From contig NW_027590590.1 in NCBI RefSeq assembly GCF_964213995.1, positions 186,001-246,477 on the forward strand: a stretch of DNA of 60,477 nt. The letters run 5' to 3'. The DNA is from Mustelus asterias (taxonomy: Eukaryota). The notes beneath the pieces were generated by a model. That model was given only the letters and a program-made list of their open reading frames with translations. It was not told the origin of the DNA and did not search any database. The translations under genes and the position numbers were made by a program. Below, in pieces: positions 22,922 through 36,700 of this stretch (position 1 is its first letter; every line of letters starts with the position of its first letter).

Positions 22922-25900
22922 TTCAGCTGATTGGAGAATATCATTGTGAATATTACTGAGTTTGGGATGTAATATTTTCCTGCTGTTGCCAATATGACTA
23001 TTTTTAACATAGTTTCTGGGATCCTCCAGTCTCCCCTCAGCAGCTTTCTGGGCAGTGAGAGGTGACACACCGTTCACTAGCAGAGGGAGTTTTTGGTCCT
23101 GTCGCTGTCAATGGGATTTCCCATTGAAGTCACCTCACGCTAGCAGGAAACCAGAGGCAGGGGAACGAGAGCAGAGAATTCCCCACGAGTGAACAGCCGG
23201 AGAATCCCGGACATTCGCTCCTTTCCCAGTGATCACTGCACTCAACCCAGTCGCTGTTTATACGCTCAGTTGTCTCAGTGAATACTACATTACACCATGC
23301 TGCTGTGGACACTACAATCAACCCTTTTTGAGTTCTCACTGTATTAATACCATGTATGGATTGATATTTCATTGGACAATGTGCTGGGTTAGATGAATAT
23401 TTATTGATTCTTGTGATGTGGGTGTCACTGGCTAGGTCAGCATTTATTGCCCATTCCTAGTTGCCCTGGAGAAGGTGGTGGTGAGCTGCCGTCTTGAACC
23501 CGCTGCTGTCTATGTGGTGTAGGTACACCCACAGTGCTGTTAGGGAGGGAACCTGCTTAAATTATCACTGCATTTAACCATGTCACTCTTTATAAAAAAT
23601 AAACTAGACCATGTCTGGGTAATGAATGTGGAGCATGTCTCCATTTCTCTTTACCTCAGCACTGTATCTGTGTATATAACACTTTATACAGTTTCAATGT
23701 TATTTATTAGTGTCACAAGTAGGCTAACATTAACACTGCAATGAAGTTGCTGTGAAAATCCCCTAGTTGCCACACTCCGGCGCTGTTCGGCTTCACTCAG
23801 GGAGAATTTAGCATGGCCAATCCACCGAACAGCATGTCTTTCAGACTGTGGGAGGAAACCGGAGCACTCGGAGGAAACCCAGACACGGGGAGAACATGCA
23901 GACTCCACACAGACAGTGACGCAAGTCGGGAATCGAACCCGGGTCCCTGGCGCTGAGAGGCTGCAGTGCTAACCACTGCGCCACCCCTATAAACTAGATA
24001 CAGTTTCTCTTCTTAATGCATGGGGCCATCCCTCTGTATATACTACAATTGGTCTTTACTTAGTTATTGCTTCACTCAACTCAACTCAACTGAGAGAGAG
24101 AGAGAGAGAGCGAGAGATGCAGAGACCAACAGATGACAGGGTCAAGGAGAGTGAGAGAAAGAGAGAGCCAGATTGAGAGAGGCACTGAGAGACAATGTCT
24201 GTCCAAATCCTCTTGAAGCCACTTTGCATTTTCTTCACAACTCACATTCCCACCGAGCTTTGTGTCAACCGCAAACTTGGAAATATTACATTAGGTCCCC
24301 ACATCCAAATCATTGATAAACATTGTGAACATCTGGGAACAAAGTCCAGATCCTTGTGGCACAGCCGGCCGACACAAGACGGAGAAATCATCTGGCCGGG
24401 AACACAACAGCGACATTTTTCAGGGAAGCTCGGAGCCAGCTGTGTCTCAGTGGATCATAATCTGACCTCAGAATCATTCCATTGTGGCTTCAGTTACAGC
24501 ATCAAATTCTCGGCCAGGCTGGAAAACAAATCACTCCTCAAATCCCCAAATAAAACGTTCTGGGATCTGAACTTAAAATGCTGTAACTGATCATGGAGGA
24601 AAGAGTGGGGTCTAATAGACACTGAGAAGATAACTTGCATCTGAATCATAGAACGGTGACAGCACAGGAGGCCATTCAGCCCCATCAAGCCAGTGCGACA
24701 CTCTGCAAGAGCAATGTCACTATTCCCACTCCTCCACCCTTTCCCCGTCACCCTGTAAATATTTCCCCTTCAGCTTCCCATTCAACTTCTCCTGGAAGTC
24801 CTTGATGGAATCTGCTTCCACCTCACGCTCAGACAGTACATTCCAGATACTGGACACTCACTACGTTAGAAACATTTCCTCATGTTGCCGCTGTCGCCAT
24901 TTACCTGAATTCAGCATCCTCTGGTTTTCAACCTTTCCCCCAATGTGCCGAATATCTCAAAGCCAATTCTCTCAGTCCCGGGACGTCCCTGCAGGAGTTC
25001 CTCAGGGTGAGTGTCCGAGGCCCCAACCATCTTCAGCTGCTCCAACACTGACCTTCCCTCCATCACAAGGTCTGAAGTGGGGATGTTCGCTGATGATTGC
25101 ACAATGTTCAGCACCATGCGCAACTCCTCAGATACTGAAACAGAAAATAAGCACATACCAAACAGGTCAGGCAGCATCTGTGGAGAGAGAAACAGATTCT
25201 GGGACCAGGGGGACTGAGAGACAGGCAGATTGAGAAAAATATGCACGCACACTAACACTCACACTCAGACAGCCTAAAACTAAACAGATATATAATGGAG
25301 GAGGAATCCCTTCTCCCTCTGTAAATAGAGATTAACTAGATTTCTCTTCCAAAAAGACAGCACATCTGGATGGGCAGAATAGTCTCCAATTCTACCCATG
25401 GTCCTTTTCTGATCTCCATTCTTCACATCTGCACACGTTGGCTTCAGCTCCAGTTTGTGAATGAAAGCAAACCCCTGTTCATTACAAATCCACTCAGCCT
25501 TTTCCCTCTGCTCTCTCCACACACAATCTACAAGACACAAACAGGAAACATGGATTCCAGGAGAGAAAGGTCACACCTGATCCTCCTCTCAATGGATTCT
25601 CTGTCGCCAGAGAGAACATTCCAGCTCCTACAGAAAGTCACAACTGATTAATGTCAGGGACAGAATTGGAATGAATTAGACACAAGAGAGATGAAAGGAT
25701 TCTGCTCATCATAAAAAGCTAAAGAGTCACTCAATGTCATTAAGGGAGAGACCTCGCTGGTCTATCTTTGACCCAAGTCACACACTGACTCTGAATGTCC
25801 TCACAGCAACTTGGGGGATGGACATTTCTAAAGTACTATTCATGGCTTTAGGGTTTCCAAAAGTGTTTCACCGACAATGGAGCGCTTTTGAAATGTTGTC

Positions 25901-25944
25901 AGTGTTATTTAGGAAATAAGCAAAATTTTGACGCCACACGCATT

Positions 25945-28900
25945 GAGTTTAAAAATTGGCAAGCCATGTTGCAGCTTTATAGAACCATTGTTAGGCCGCA
26001 CTTGGAATATAGTGTTCAATTCTGGTCGCCACACTACTAGAAGGATGTGCAGGCTTTGGAGACGGTACAGAAAAGATTTACCAGGATGTTGCCTGGTATG
26101 GAGGGCATTAGCTATGAGGAGAGTTTGGAGAAACTTGGTTTGTTCTCACTGGAATGACAGAGGCAAGGGGGGTGATCTGATAGAAGTCTACAAGATTATG
26201 AGAGGCATGGACAGAGTGGATAGTCAGGAGCTTTTTCCCAGGGTTGAAGAGTCAATTACTAGGGGGCACAGGTTTAAGGTGTGAGGGACAAGGTTTAAAG
26301 GAGATGTACGAGGCAAGTTTTTTACACAGAGGGTGGTGGTGCCTGGAACTCGCTGCTGGGAGAGGGAGTGGAAGCAGATACGATAGTGAGTTTTAAGGGG
26401 CGTCTGGAGAAATACAAGAATAGGATGGGAATAGAGGGATATGGTCCCTGGAAGGGTCGGTGTTTTTAGTTCACACATGGTTGGTGCAGGCTTGGAGGGC
26501 CGAAGGGCCTGTTCTTGTGCTGTAATTTTCTTTATTCTAATTTCAGAGAGAGATATATACAGATACAGAGCCATAGAGAGACAGAAACAGGATGGGATTG
26601 TGCTGTACATGTTTCCGAGCTGACATTGAGACACACACGAGATGTACACCAATGATTTGGATGAGGGAACCAAAAATAATATTTCCAAGTTTGCTGATGC
26701 CATGAAACTTGTTGGGAATGTGAGGAGTGAGAAGGATGTTAAAATGTTTCACAGTGACTTCAGAAAATTGAGTGAATGGGTAAATGCACGGCAGATGCTG
26801 TATAACGTGGACAAACGAGAATTTAACTACTTCGGACAGAGAAGCAGAATGGCAGAGGATGATTTAAATGGTGATAGATTGGGAAATGTTGATATACAAA
26901 GGGACCTGGGTGTCCCAGTACACCAGAGACTGAAAGCAAGCATGCAGCTACAGCAAACAGTTAGGAAGGCAAATGATATGTTGGCCTTCATTGCAAGAGA
27001 ACTTGAGGAAAGGAGCAAGGATGTCTTACTGCAGCTGTACAGGCCCTCGGTGAGACCACACCTGGAATATTGTGTACAGTTTTTGTCTCTGTAACTATGA
27101 AATGCTGCACTTACCATAGAGGGAGAGCAGCGGAGGCACACCAGACTGATTCCTGGGATGGCAGGATTGTCGTATGAGGAGAGATTGAGTCGACTGGGCC
27201 TGTATTCACTGGAGTTCCGAAGAATGAGAGGGGATCGAATTGAAATGTATAAATTCTGACCGGGCTGGAGTGACTGAATACAGGGATGTTGTTTCCTCCA
27301 GCTGAGGGGCTGAGGGGGTGGGGAGAGGGGGGGGTGGTGGGGGGGGCGGGGGAGAGGCTGGAACAAGGGGTCACAGATGGTGAAACTTTGCAATATGTTT
27401 AATCTGTAGAAACCGATCCATCTCAGTCTGTGAACGATGACTGAGCCTCCACAGCCCCCTGGGACAGGGAATTCCAAAGATTCACCATCCTGGAAGCACA
27501 TGGAATTCAGGAAAACTTGGCGAGATGGATCGGAAACTGGTTTAGTAATTGGACACAAAGGGTGGTGTTGGAAGGCTGTTTGAGTGGCTGGAGGCCGGTG
27601 TCCAGTGGTGCACCACAAGGCTCCGTGCTGGGGGGCTTGTTGTTGTTATACATAAATGAGACAGATGATAATGTGGGGGCAATGATAAGCAAGGTTCCAG
27701 ATGACACCAAGATTGGTAGGATGGTTAATAGTGAAGAAGGTTGTAGGTTACAGGAAGATATCGCTGGGTTGGTCAGATAGGCAGAGCAGTGGCAGATGGT
27801 ATTTGACCCTGATAGGTGCGAGGTGATGCACTTTGGAAGCAGTAACAAGGCAAGGGAGTATTTAATGAGTTGCAGGACACTGGGAAGCTCAGAGGAACAT
27901 ATGGATCTTGGGCAATTATTCACAGATCCCTGAAGGCAGCAGAGCAGGTGAATCAAGTGGTAAAGAAGGCAGATGAGACACTTGCTTTTATCAGTCATGG
28001 CGCAGAGTAGAAGAGCAAAGAGTTAATGTTGGAGTTGTACAGAGCGTTGGTTAGGCCACAGCTGGAGTACCGTGTGCAGATCTGGTCACCACACCAGAGG
28101 AAGGATATGATAGCACTAGAGGGGGTACAGAGGAGGCTCAGCAGCAAGTTGCCTGGGATGGAGTATTTGAGCTATAAGGAGAGACTGGATAGGTTTGGAT
28201 TGTTTTCTTTAGAGCAGAGAAGGCTGATTGAGGTGTATAAGATTATGAGGGGTATGGACAGGGTGAATAGGAAACGGCTGTTCCCCTTGGTTGAGGGATC
28301 AATCATGAGGGGACATAGTTTTAGGGGAAAGGGCAGGAGATTCAGAGGAGAGTTGAGAAAAACATTCACTCAGAGGGTGATGGGAATCAGGAATGTACTG
28401 CCTGGGAAGGCAGTGGAGGTCGGAAACCTTACAACCTTTCAAAAGCATTTGGATGAGCACTTGAAACATCACAACATTCAAAGATATGGTACAAGAGATG
28501 GAAAATTGGATGAGCACAACTTTAGTGGTAGTTACTGTTGCTGCAGACTCAATGGGTCGAAGGGCCTTTTCTTCACTGTACCACTCTATGACTCTGAGGG
28601 AAGAAATTCCTCCTCACAGGAAGCAGAGAGTCGGAATAAATGGGTGCTTTTCTGGTTGGCGGATGGTAACTAGTGGCGTGCCGCAGGGATCGGTACTGGG
28701 GCCTCAACTATTTACCATTTATATAGACGATCTGGAGGAGGGGGATTGAGTGTAGGGTAACAAAGTTTGCAGACGACACAAAGATAAGTGGAAAAGTGAA
28801 TCGTGTGGAGGGAGTAGAAGGTCTGCAGAGAGATTTGGACAGGCTGAGTGAGTGGGCGAGGATCTGGCAGATGGAGTATAACGTTGACAAATGCGAGGTT

Positions 28901-31150
28901 ATTCACTTTGGAGGAAATAATAGTAAATTGGATTATTATCTAAATGGAAAAAAATTACAACATGCTGCTGTGCAGAGGGACCTGGGGGTCCTTGTGCATG
29001 AGACGCAAAAACCCAGTCTGCAGGTGCAACAGGTGATCAAGAAGGCAAACGGGATGTTGGCATTTATCGCGAGGGGGATAGAATATAAAAGCAGAGATGA
29101 CTTGCTGCATCTGTACAGGGCATTGGTGAGGCCGCAGCTGGAATACTGTGTGCAGTATTGGTCCCCTTATTTGCGGAAGGATATATTGGCCTTGGAGGGA
29201 GTGCAGAGAAGGTTCACCAGGTTGATACCAGAGATGAGGGGTGTTCATTATCAGGAGAGACTGATGGAAACATCCTTCCTGTATCTACTCAGCTAATGTT
29301 TGGGGGTTGGGGAGAGTTATAGAACAAAGAGATCTCGGGGTACAGGTTCATAGCTTCTTGACAGTGGAGTCACAGGTGGACAGAGTGGTGAAGAAGGCAT
29401 TCAGCATGCTTGGTTTCATTGGTCAGAACATTGAATACAGGAGTTGGGACGTCTTGTTGGAGTTGTACAAGACATTGTTAAGGCCACGCTGGGAATACTG
29501 TGTACAGTTCTGGTCACCCTATTTTAGAATGGATATTATTAAACTAGAAAGAGTGCAAAAAAGATTTACTAGGATGCTACCGGGACATGATAGTTTGGGT
29601 TTTAAGGAGAGGTTGCACAGACTGGGACTTTTTTCCCTGTAGCCTAGAAGACTGAGGGGTGATTTTATAGAGGTCTATAAAATAATGAGGGGCATAGATC
29701 AGCTAGATAGTCAATATCTTCTCCCAAAGGTAGGGGAGTCTAAAACTAGAGGGCATAGGTTTAAGGTGAGAGGGGAGAGATACAAAAGGGTCCAGAGGGG
29801 CAATTCTTTTCACACAGAGGGTGGTGAGTGTCTGGAATGAGCTGCCAGAGGTAGTAGTAGAGGCGGGTACAATTTTATGTTTTAAAAAGCATTTAGACAG
29901 TTACATGGGTAAGATTGGTATAGAGGGATATGGGCGAAACACAGGCAATTGTGATTAGCTTAATGGTAAAAACTGGGCGGCATGGACAAGTTGGGCCAAA
30001 GCGCGTTTCCATGCTGTAAACCTCTATGACTCGACCCTGCTGAGCCCTGTAAGAATTGTCCAAGTTTGAATGAGGTCACCTCTCATGCTTCTCAAGTGCA
30101 TAAAGTAAAAGTCCAGTTTATTTTCTTTCCTCAGAGGACAATCCCTCCATCCCAGGAATTAATGCAGTGAAATGTCATTGAAGTCCCTCTCGGACAAGAA
30201 TGTATTTCCTTAGGTAAGAGGATAAAACTGTCCACAACACTCCGTGTGTGGTTTCACCACTAATTCAGCCTCTCCACATCCCCTTGAAGAGTCTACATCC
30301 TCCTCACAACTCACACTTCCACCTGCTTTCATGTCATCTGCAAACTCGGAAATATTACATTTGATCCCAAACGTCCAAATCAATGATATGGATTGTGAAT
30401 AGCTGGGCTCCCGAGTACTGATCCTTGTGATAAACCGCTGGTCACAGCCTGCCACCCTGAAAATGACCCATTTGTACCTAAGCTCTGTTTTCTGTCCGTT
30501 AACCATTTCTCAATTCATGCCAGTGTTATCAGGGTAAATACGTTGCATCACGGGGATAGGGCCTGGGTGGGAATGTTGTTAGCGCAGGCTCGATGGGCTG
30601 TATGGCCTCCTTCTGCACTGTAGGGATTCCATGATTCTAATATGTACATACGTCAGTGAAGGTGGCAGGGCTCTTTGAGAGAGCAGTAAATGAAGTATAT
30701 GGTATCCCAACTTTTATTAATGGAGGAATTGAGGACAAGAGTAAGGAGTTCATATTGAACTTGTATAAGACACTTGTTAGGCCTCATCTGGAGACTGCGC
30801 CCAGTTCTGGGTACCGTACTTGAGGAGGGATGTGAAGACATTGGAGAGAGTGCAGAGGAGATTCACAAGAATGATTCCAGGGAATAAGATCCGTAGCTAC
30901 GAGGGTAGATTGGAGAGGTTGGGACTGTTTTCCTTGGAGAAAAGAAGGCTGAGGTGAGACTTGAGAGAGAGATTCAAGATCCTAAGGGGTATCAACAGGT
31001 TAAAGAGTGAGAAACTCTTCCCTCTCAAGAGATGGTCATGAACTAGAGGGCACAGATTCTAAATGATGGGGAAATGGATCAGAAGTGAAGTGAGGAAAAG
31101 CACTTCATCAAGAGGGTGTTTGGAATCTGGAACAATCTTCCTGAAAGCCT
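25945..31150. mobile_element. Cluster of stacked CR1 LINE fragments
   Basis: Pieces on + at ~25945-26530, 26643-27380, 27505-28600, 28617-29260, 29305-30030 and 30650-31150; on - at 30033-30520. Repeated FADD, LVRPHLEYCVQFWSP and FTQRVV motifs. Confidence 0.85.
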
Positions 31151-32804
31151 GTTCCAATATTCAATAAGATCCTGGCTGATCTGGGATCTAACCCTCTGTC
31201 TCTTAACCCCTTGGACTAAGGAAAATCTATCAACCCCAGATTTAAAATAATAACAAGTGACCGAGCATCAATAGCCATTTGCAGAAGATTGTTTCAAACT
31301 AACTCCACACCACATCTGGCAATGTTTCCATTTCTACAATTCTAAAATTCTAAACTGAGGCTAACATTCAAATATTCCCAAATCCTGGAGTTCCCAGCCA
31401 GCAGAAAAACTTGTTCTTTATCAGCCTCTCCCTTTCCCTCATTATTTTCAATGTTTGATTAAATCAGCCCCCAACTTAAATTCCAGCGGTTAAGAATAAC
31501 GTTTAATCTGCACTGTTCATCAAATGTTCCCAACACAAATACTGTAATGGGCTAAATACAGAGTAAAATCCCCTCTGCTCTGTCCAAGGAATGTTTCATC
31601 ACAGATTTTTATTTTGAAGTTGAGGAAAAACAGGAATCAAATTGCTCAGCATCCCAGTGTGGCCTCCTGTTTATTTCAATCAGCCCTTCACATTCAAACA
31701 TGAAGTTGAAGCTTCGAATACTGTCTGTGGCAGCGTTTGTGGATTCAGTTGTTCTCCTGCTTTTTCACTTGTCTGAAGGATTTGAATTATAGACATTGTT
31801 TAATCATTCCTTTCTCTCAGCACATGGAACTTGTGAATCTTCAAGGCAGACAATCTCATGTAATTAACAACAAACTGCATCTTTATTCATCCGTCCATTT
31901 CCTATCTCTGAATGGATCACACACATTTCCAGAATGCAGGAAGCTCTCAATGGAAACTGCTTCCAATTATTCCCCAGTACAATTATTCACACTTTACTGT
32001 GAACTACATTCCACTGACACTCCCAAAGCAGCCACAGAAAAGTGACTGGTTATTTTAAACATTGAACCTGAACTATTTGAGCTGATGATTCACTCACATT
32101 GTACAGAAATGTTGATCCTGTTTTGATGAGAGTGATCAGATTAACATTGTAACATGAAGACAGCCTCCGTACTGAGATTCACCACATTTACAACAATTCC
32201 GCAATATCAGATCCATTGCTGTGTGTTTTGTGTGAATCCAGCTGTGAAATATCTGGACATTTGGAGCTTCCACTGTTTCTGTCATTTCATCATTTATTAA
32301 AGTACGCTGTTCTGTCCCTTTTAAATCTAAGTTGTGTCAAATTACATTTCCCTGCACTGAAACCTCTCCACCAGTTTTGTCCATGTACAAAATATGAATA
32401 ACTCTTTGCAATCTGATGTTTCCAGCTATGCTGCTTACAATGCTGTCTAATGTTTTGTGTCATCGGCAAACCAGGATGTGTAACATTCAGTCACATTAAA
32501 TGGTCAATAAATATGTCAANNNNNNNNNNNNNNNNNNNNNNNNNNNNNNNNNNNNNNNNNNNNNNNNNNNNNNNNNNNNNNNNNNNNNNNNNNNNNNNNN
32601 NNNNNNNNNNNNNNNNNNNNNNNNNNNNNNNNNNNNNNNNNNNNNNNNNNNNNNNNNNNNNNNNNNNNNNNNNNNNNNNNNNNNNNNNNNNNNNNNNNNN
32701 NNNNNNNNNNNNNNNNNNNNNNNCAATGTATTTGAATCTCAAATATGTGCAGTTGGAGGCCATTTGACCCATCGAGCCTGCTCCCCCACTCACACAGATC
32801 ATCA

Positions 32805-32847
<43 letters not shown>

Positions 32848-33483
32848 ACACACACACACACAGACAAAGAGAGAGGCACACAGACACTCACGGACACACA
32901 CACACAGAGAGACACAAACACACACTCACGGACACACACGCACACACGCAGAGAGACACAAACACACTCACAGACACACATGCACAAAGACACAGAGAGA
33001 GAGACACACACAGACACACACTCACTCACAGACACACGCAGAGATACACAATCACACACACAGAAACACACATTGAAATAGACACTTGCACACACTTAGA
33101 AACTGTCTCTCTCTCTCACACACACACACACACAGAAATACAAAAACATAAGCGCACCGACACTCTCATTCCTATTTCTGTTTTACTCCTCAATGCCCCA
33201 ACTAAAAAGTACTGGGATCTGAACTTGAAATGCTGGAACTGATCATGGAGGAACGAGTGGGGCCTAATAGACACTGAGAAGTTAACTTGTGTGTGAATCA
33301 TAGAATGGTGACAGCACAGGAGGCCATTCAGCCCGTCTAGCCTGGATCGACACACTGCAAGAGCAGTTTCACTATTCCCAATCCTCCACCCTCTCCCCGT
33401 AACCCTGTCAATATTTTCCCTTCAGCTTCCCATTCAATTTCCTCTTGATGGAATCTTCTCCCACCTCTGACTCAGGCAGAACA

Positions 33484-33710
33484 TGATGTGGAGATGCCGG
33501 CGTTGGACTGGGGTAAACACAGTGAGAAGTTTAACAACACCAGCTTAAAGTCCAACAGCTTTATTTGGTAGCAAAAGCCACACAAGCTTTCGGAGCTCCA
33601 AGCCCCTTCTTCAGGTGAGTGGGAATTCTGTTCACAAACAGGGCAGATAAAGACACAGACTCAATTTACATGAATAATGGTTGGAATGCGAATCCTTACA
33701 GCTAATCAAG
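33484..33710 (-). mobile_element. Penelope-like element terminus (pLTR)
   Basis: Shark-type PLE end, TGATGTGGAGATGCCGGCGTTGGACTGGGG..AAAGTCCAACAG, containing a hammerhead motif. Confidence 0.65.
33578..33623 (-). ncRNA. Minimal type I hammerhead ribozyme motif (Penelope-associated)
   Basis: CCCACUCAC CUGAAGA A GGGGC-UUGGA-GCUCC GAAA GCUU GUGUGG: core boxes, 5-bp stem II, palindromic AAGCUU stem III and CAC/GUG stem I. Confidence 0.6.
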
Positions 33711-33759
33711 GCAGAACATTCCAGATACCAGCAGTCACGACGTTAAAAACATTTCCTCA

Positions 33760-36700
33760 TCACAGATTCATACAGTGCAGAAGAGACCCTTCGGCCCATC
33801 GAGTCTGCACCGACACGTGAGGACCACCTAACATACCAACCTCACCCCATTTACCAGCACTTGGCCCATAGCCCTGAATGTGATGATGTGCCAAGTGCTT
33901 ATCCAGCTACTTTTTAAAGGGTGTGAGGCAACTTGCCTCGACCAACCTCCCAGGCAGCGCATTCCAGACTGTCACCACCCTGTGGGTAAAACAGATTTTC
34001 CTCACATCCCCCCTAAACCTCCTGCCCCTCACCTTGAACCTATGTCCCCTCGTGACTGACCCTTCAACTAAGGGGAACAGCTGCTCCCGATCCACACTCT
34101 TCATGTCTCTCATAATCTTGTCCACCTCAATCAGGTCGCCCCCCCAGTCTTCTCTGCTCCAATGAATACAACACAAGCCTACTCAACATCTCAGTTTTAA
34201 TTTTGTTTATTAGTGTCACAAGTAGGCTTGCATTAACACTGTGAAGTTACTGTGAAAATTCCCCAGATGCCACACTCTGGTGTTCGGTTACACTGAGAGA
34301 AAATTTACCACGGCCAATGCACCCTAACCAGCACATCATTCACACTGTGGGAGGAAACCGCAGCACCCAGAGGAAAGGCACGCAGACACGGAGAGAACGT
34401 GCAGACTCCACACAGACAGTGACCTAAGCTGGGAATCGAACCTGGGTCCCTGGCGCTGTGATGCAGCAGTGATAACAACTGTGCCACCGTGTGGCCCATA
34501 GCTCTCTTCATAGCTGAAACACTCCAGCTCAGATGCATCCTGGTGAATCTCCTCTGCATCCTGTCCAGTGCATTCACACCCTCCCTATAATGTGGCGACC
34601 AGAACCGCACACAGTACTCCAGCTGTGGCCTCACCAAAGTTTTATACAGCTCCAACATGACTACCCTGCTTTTGTCATCTATGCCTCGACTGAAAAAGGC
34701 AAGCGTTCCGCATGCCTTTTACACCGCTCCACTAACATGCAAATCAGCAAATGAGAAATATTAGGGATGGATGAGTCCTTGGCAGCATGGATTAGAAGTT
34801 TGGTAAGAGATAGGAAACAGAGGGGAGGTAGAGATGGGCATTTCTCAGACTGGAGACGAGTTGAAAGTGGTGTTCCCCAGGGATCAGTGTTGGGATCCTT
34901 GCTGTTTCTGATTTATATTCACAGCTCAGCGACGGGGGTTGAACGCACAATCTCCAAATTTGCAGATGATGCTGAGCTCGGGAGAAGAGTGAATTGTGAG
35001 GATGACACTGAGCGACTTCAGAGGGACATGGACAAGTTGGCCAAATGGGCAGACACCTGGCAGATAAATTTCAATGCAGCGAAATGGGAGGGAATGCATT
35101 TTGGTGGAAGAAACATGGGGAGACGATACAGACTCAATGGTACAACGTTGAGGGGACTACAGGAGCAGATGGGCCTTGGGTTTCAAGTGATTCATTCTCT
35201 GAAGGTGGCCAGGCAAGATGAAACAGTTGTTAAGAAGCCTGATAGGATCCTTGGGTTTATAAAGAGAGGCATAGAGTATAAAAGCAAGGAAGTGATGCTA
35301 CACCTCTACAAATCATTGGACAGATCACATTCGGAGCACTGGGATCAGTTCTGGGCACCTTATTTAAGGAAGGACGTTAAAGTCCTCAAGAGAGGCAGAG
35401 AGAGAGAGAGTGCAAAGGAGATTCACTAGAATGATTCCAGGAATGAGAGATTTTAGATCCAAGGAAAGATGAGAGAAATTGGCCTTATTCTCCTTGGAGC
35501 AGAGAAGATTGAGAGGTGACCTTATCGAGGTGTTCAGAATGATGAACAATGTTGACAGGGTGAAGAAGGATATTCTGTTTCCACTCGTTGGTGTGTCAGT
35601 GACAAAGGGGTCACAATTTCAAGATGGTCAGAAAGGGAGCTGGGAGTGAGATGAGGAGAAACTTCTTTACTCGGAGAGTTGTTAGGATTTGGAATGCGCT
35701 GCCTGGGAGAGAGGTGGAGGCAGATTCCATAGGAGGATTCAAAAGAGAGGCGGATACATATTTGAAAGTGATTGATTTAGGGGGCTGAGGAGACAGGGCT
35801 GGAGAATGGGACTCGCTGGGTGGCTCTTCCGGGATCGGGGCAGACATGATGGGCCGAATGGCCTCCTGCTGTTCTGTGATTCGAGAACACCCTTTGTGTG
35901 AAGAAGTGTTCCTTAATTTCACTTTGAAAGGGTTTCAGAATATTTTTAATATTTCAGACACTCCACCCCCTCTCTTGCCTCCCTCCCTGTCCTTCCTGAA
36001 ACATCTGAATCCCGGCACCTGGAGTATCCAGTCCTGTCCCTGAGACATCCAAGTCTCCGTAATGGCCACCACATCACACTTTCAGGCATCGATCCACGCT
36101 CTGAGCTCATCCCCTTTACTCACTATACTCCTGGCATTAAAGTAAACACATCTCAATCCTGAGGTCTGAGCTCTCCCCTTCTCTATTCCCTGTCCATCCG
36201 CCCTCTTGCACTGCCCATAACCCTTCTCTGCTTGCGAGCTACCTTCCTCACTCTCAGTCACCTCATTTTTATCCCCTCCCCACAACCTATCTAGTTTAAA
36301 CTACGGGGTCCTGATGGTTTGAGTTATAATGAGAGGCTGGATAGTCTGGGACTTTTTTCCCTTGAGTAGGCTTAGGGGTGGCCTTGTAGAGGGCGGCACG
36401 GTAGCACAGTGGTTAGCACTGCTGCTTCACAGCTCCAGGGTCCCGGGTTCGATTCCCGGCTCGGGTCACTGTCTGTGTGGAGTTTGCACATTCTCCTCGT
36501 GTCTGCGTGGGTTTCCTCCGGGTGCTCCGGTTTCCTCCCACAGTCCAAAGATGTGCGGGTTAGGTTGATTGGCCAGGTTAAAAAAAAAAAAATTGCCCCT
36601 TCGAGTCCTGGGATGCGTAGGTTAGAGGGATTAGCGGGTAAATATGTGGGGGTAGGGCCTGGGTGGGATTGTGGTGGGTGCAGACTCGATGGGCCGAATG

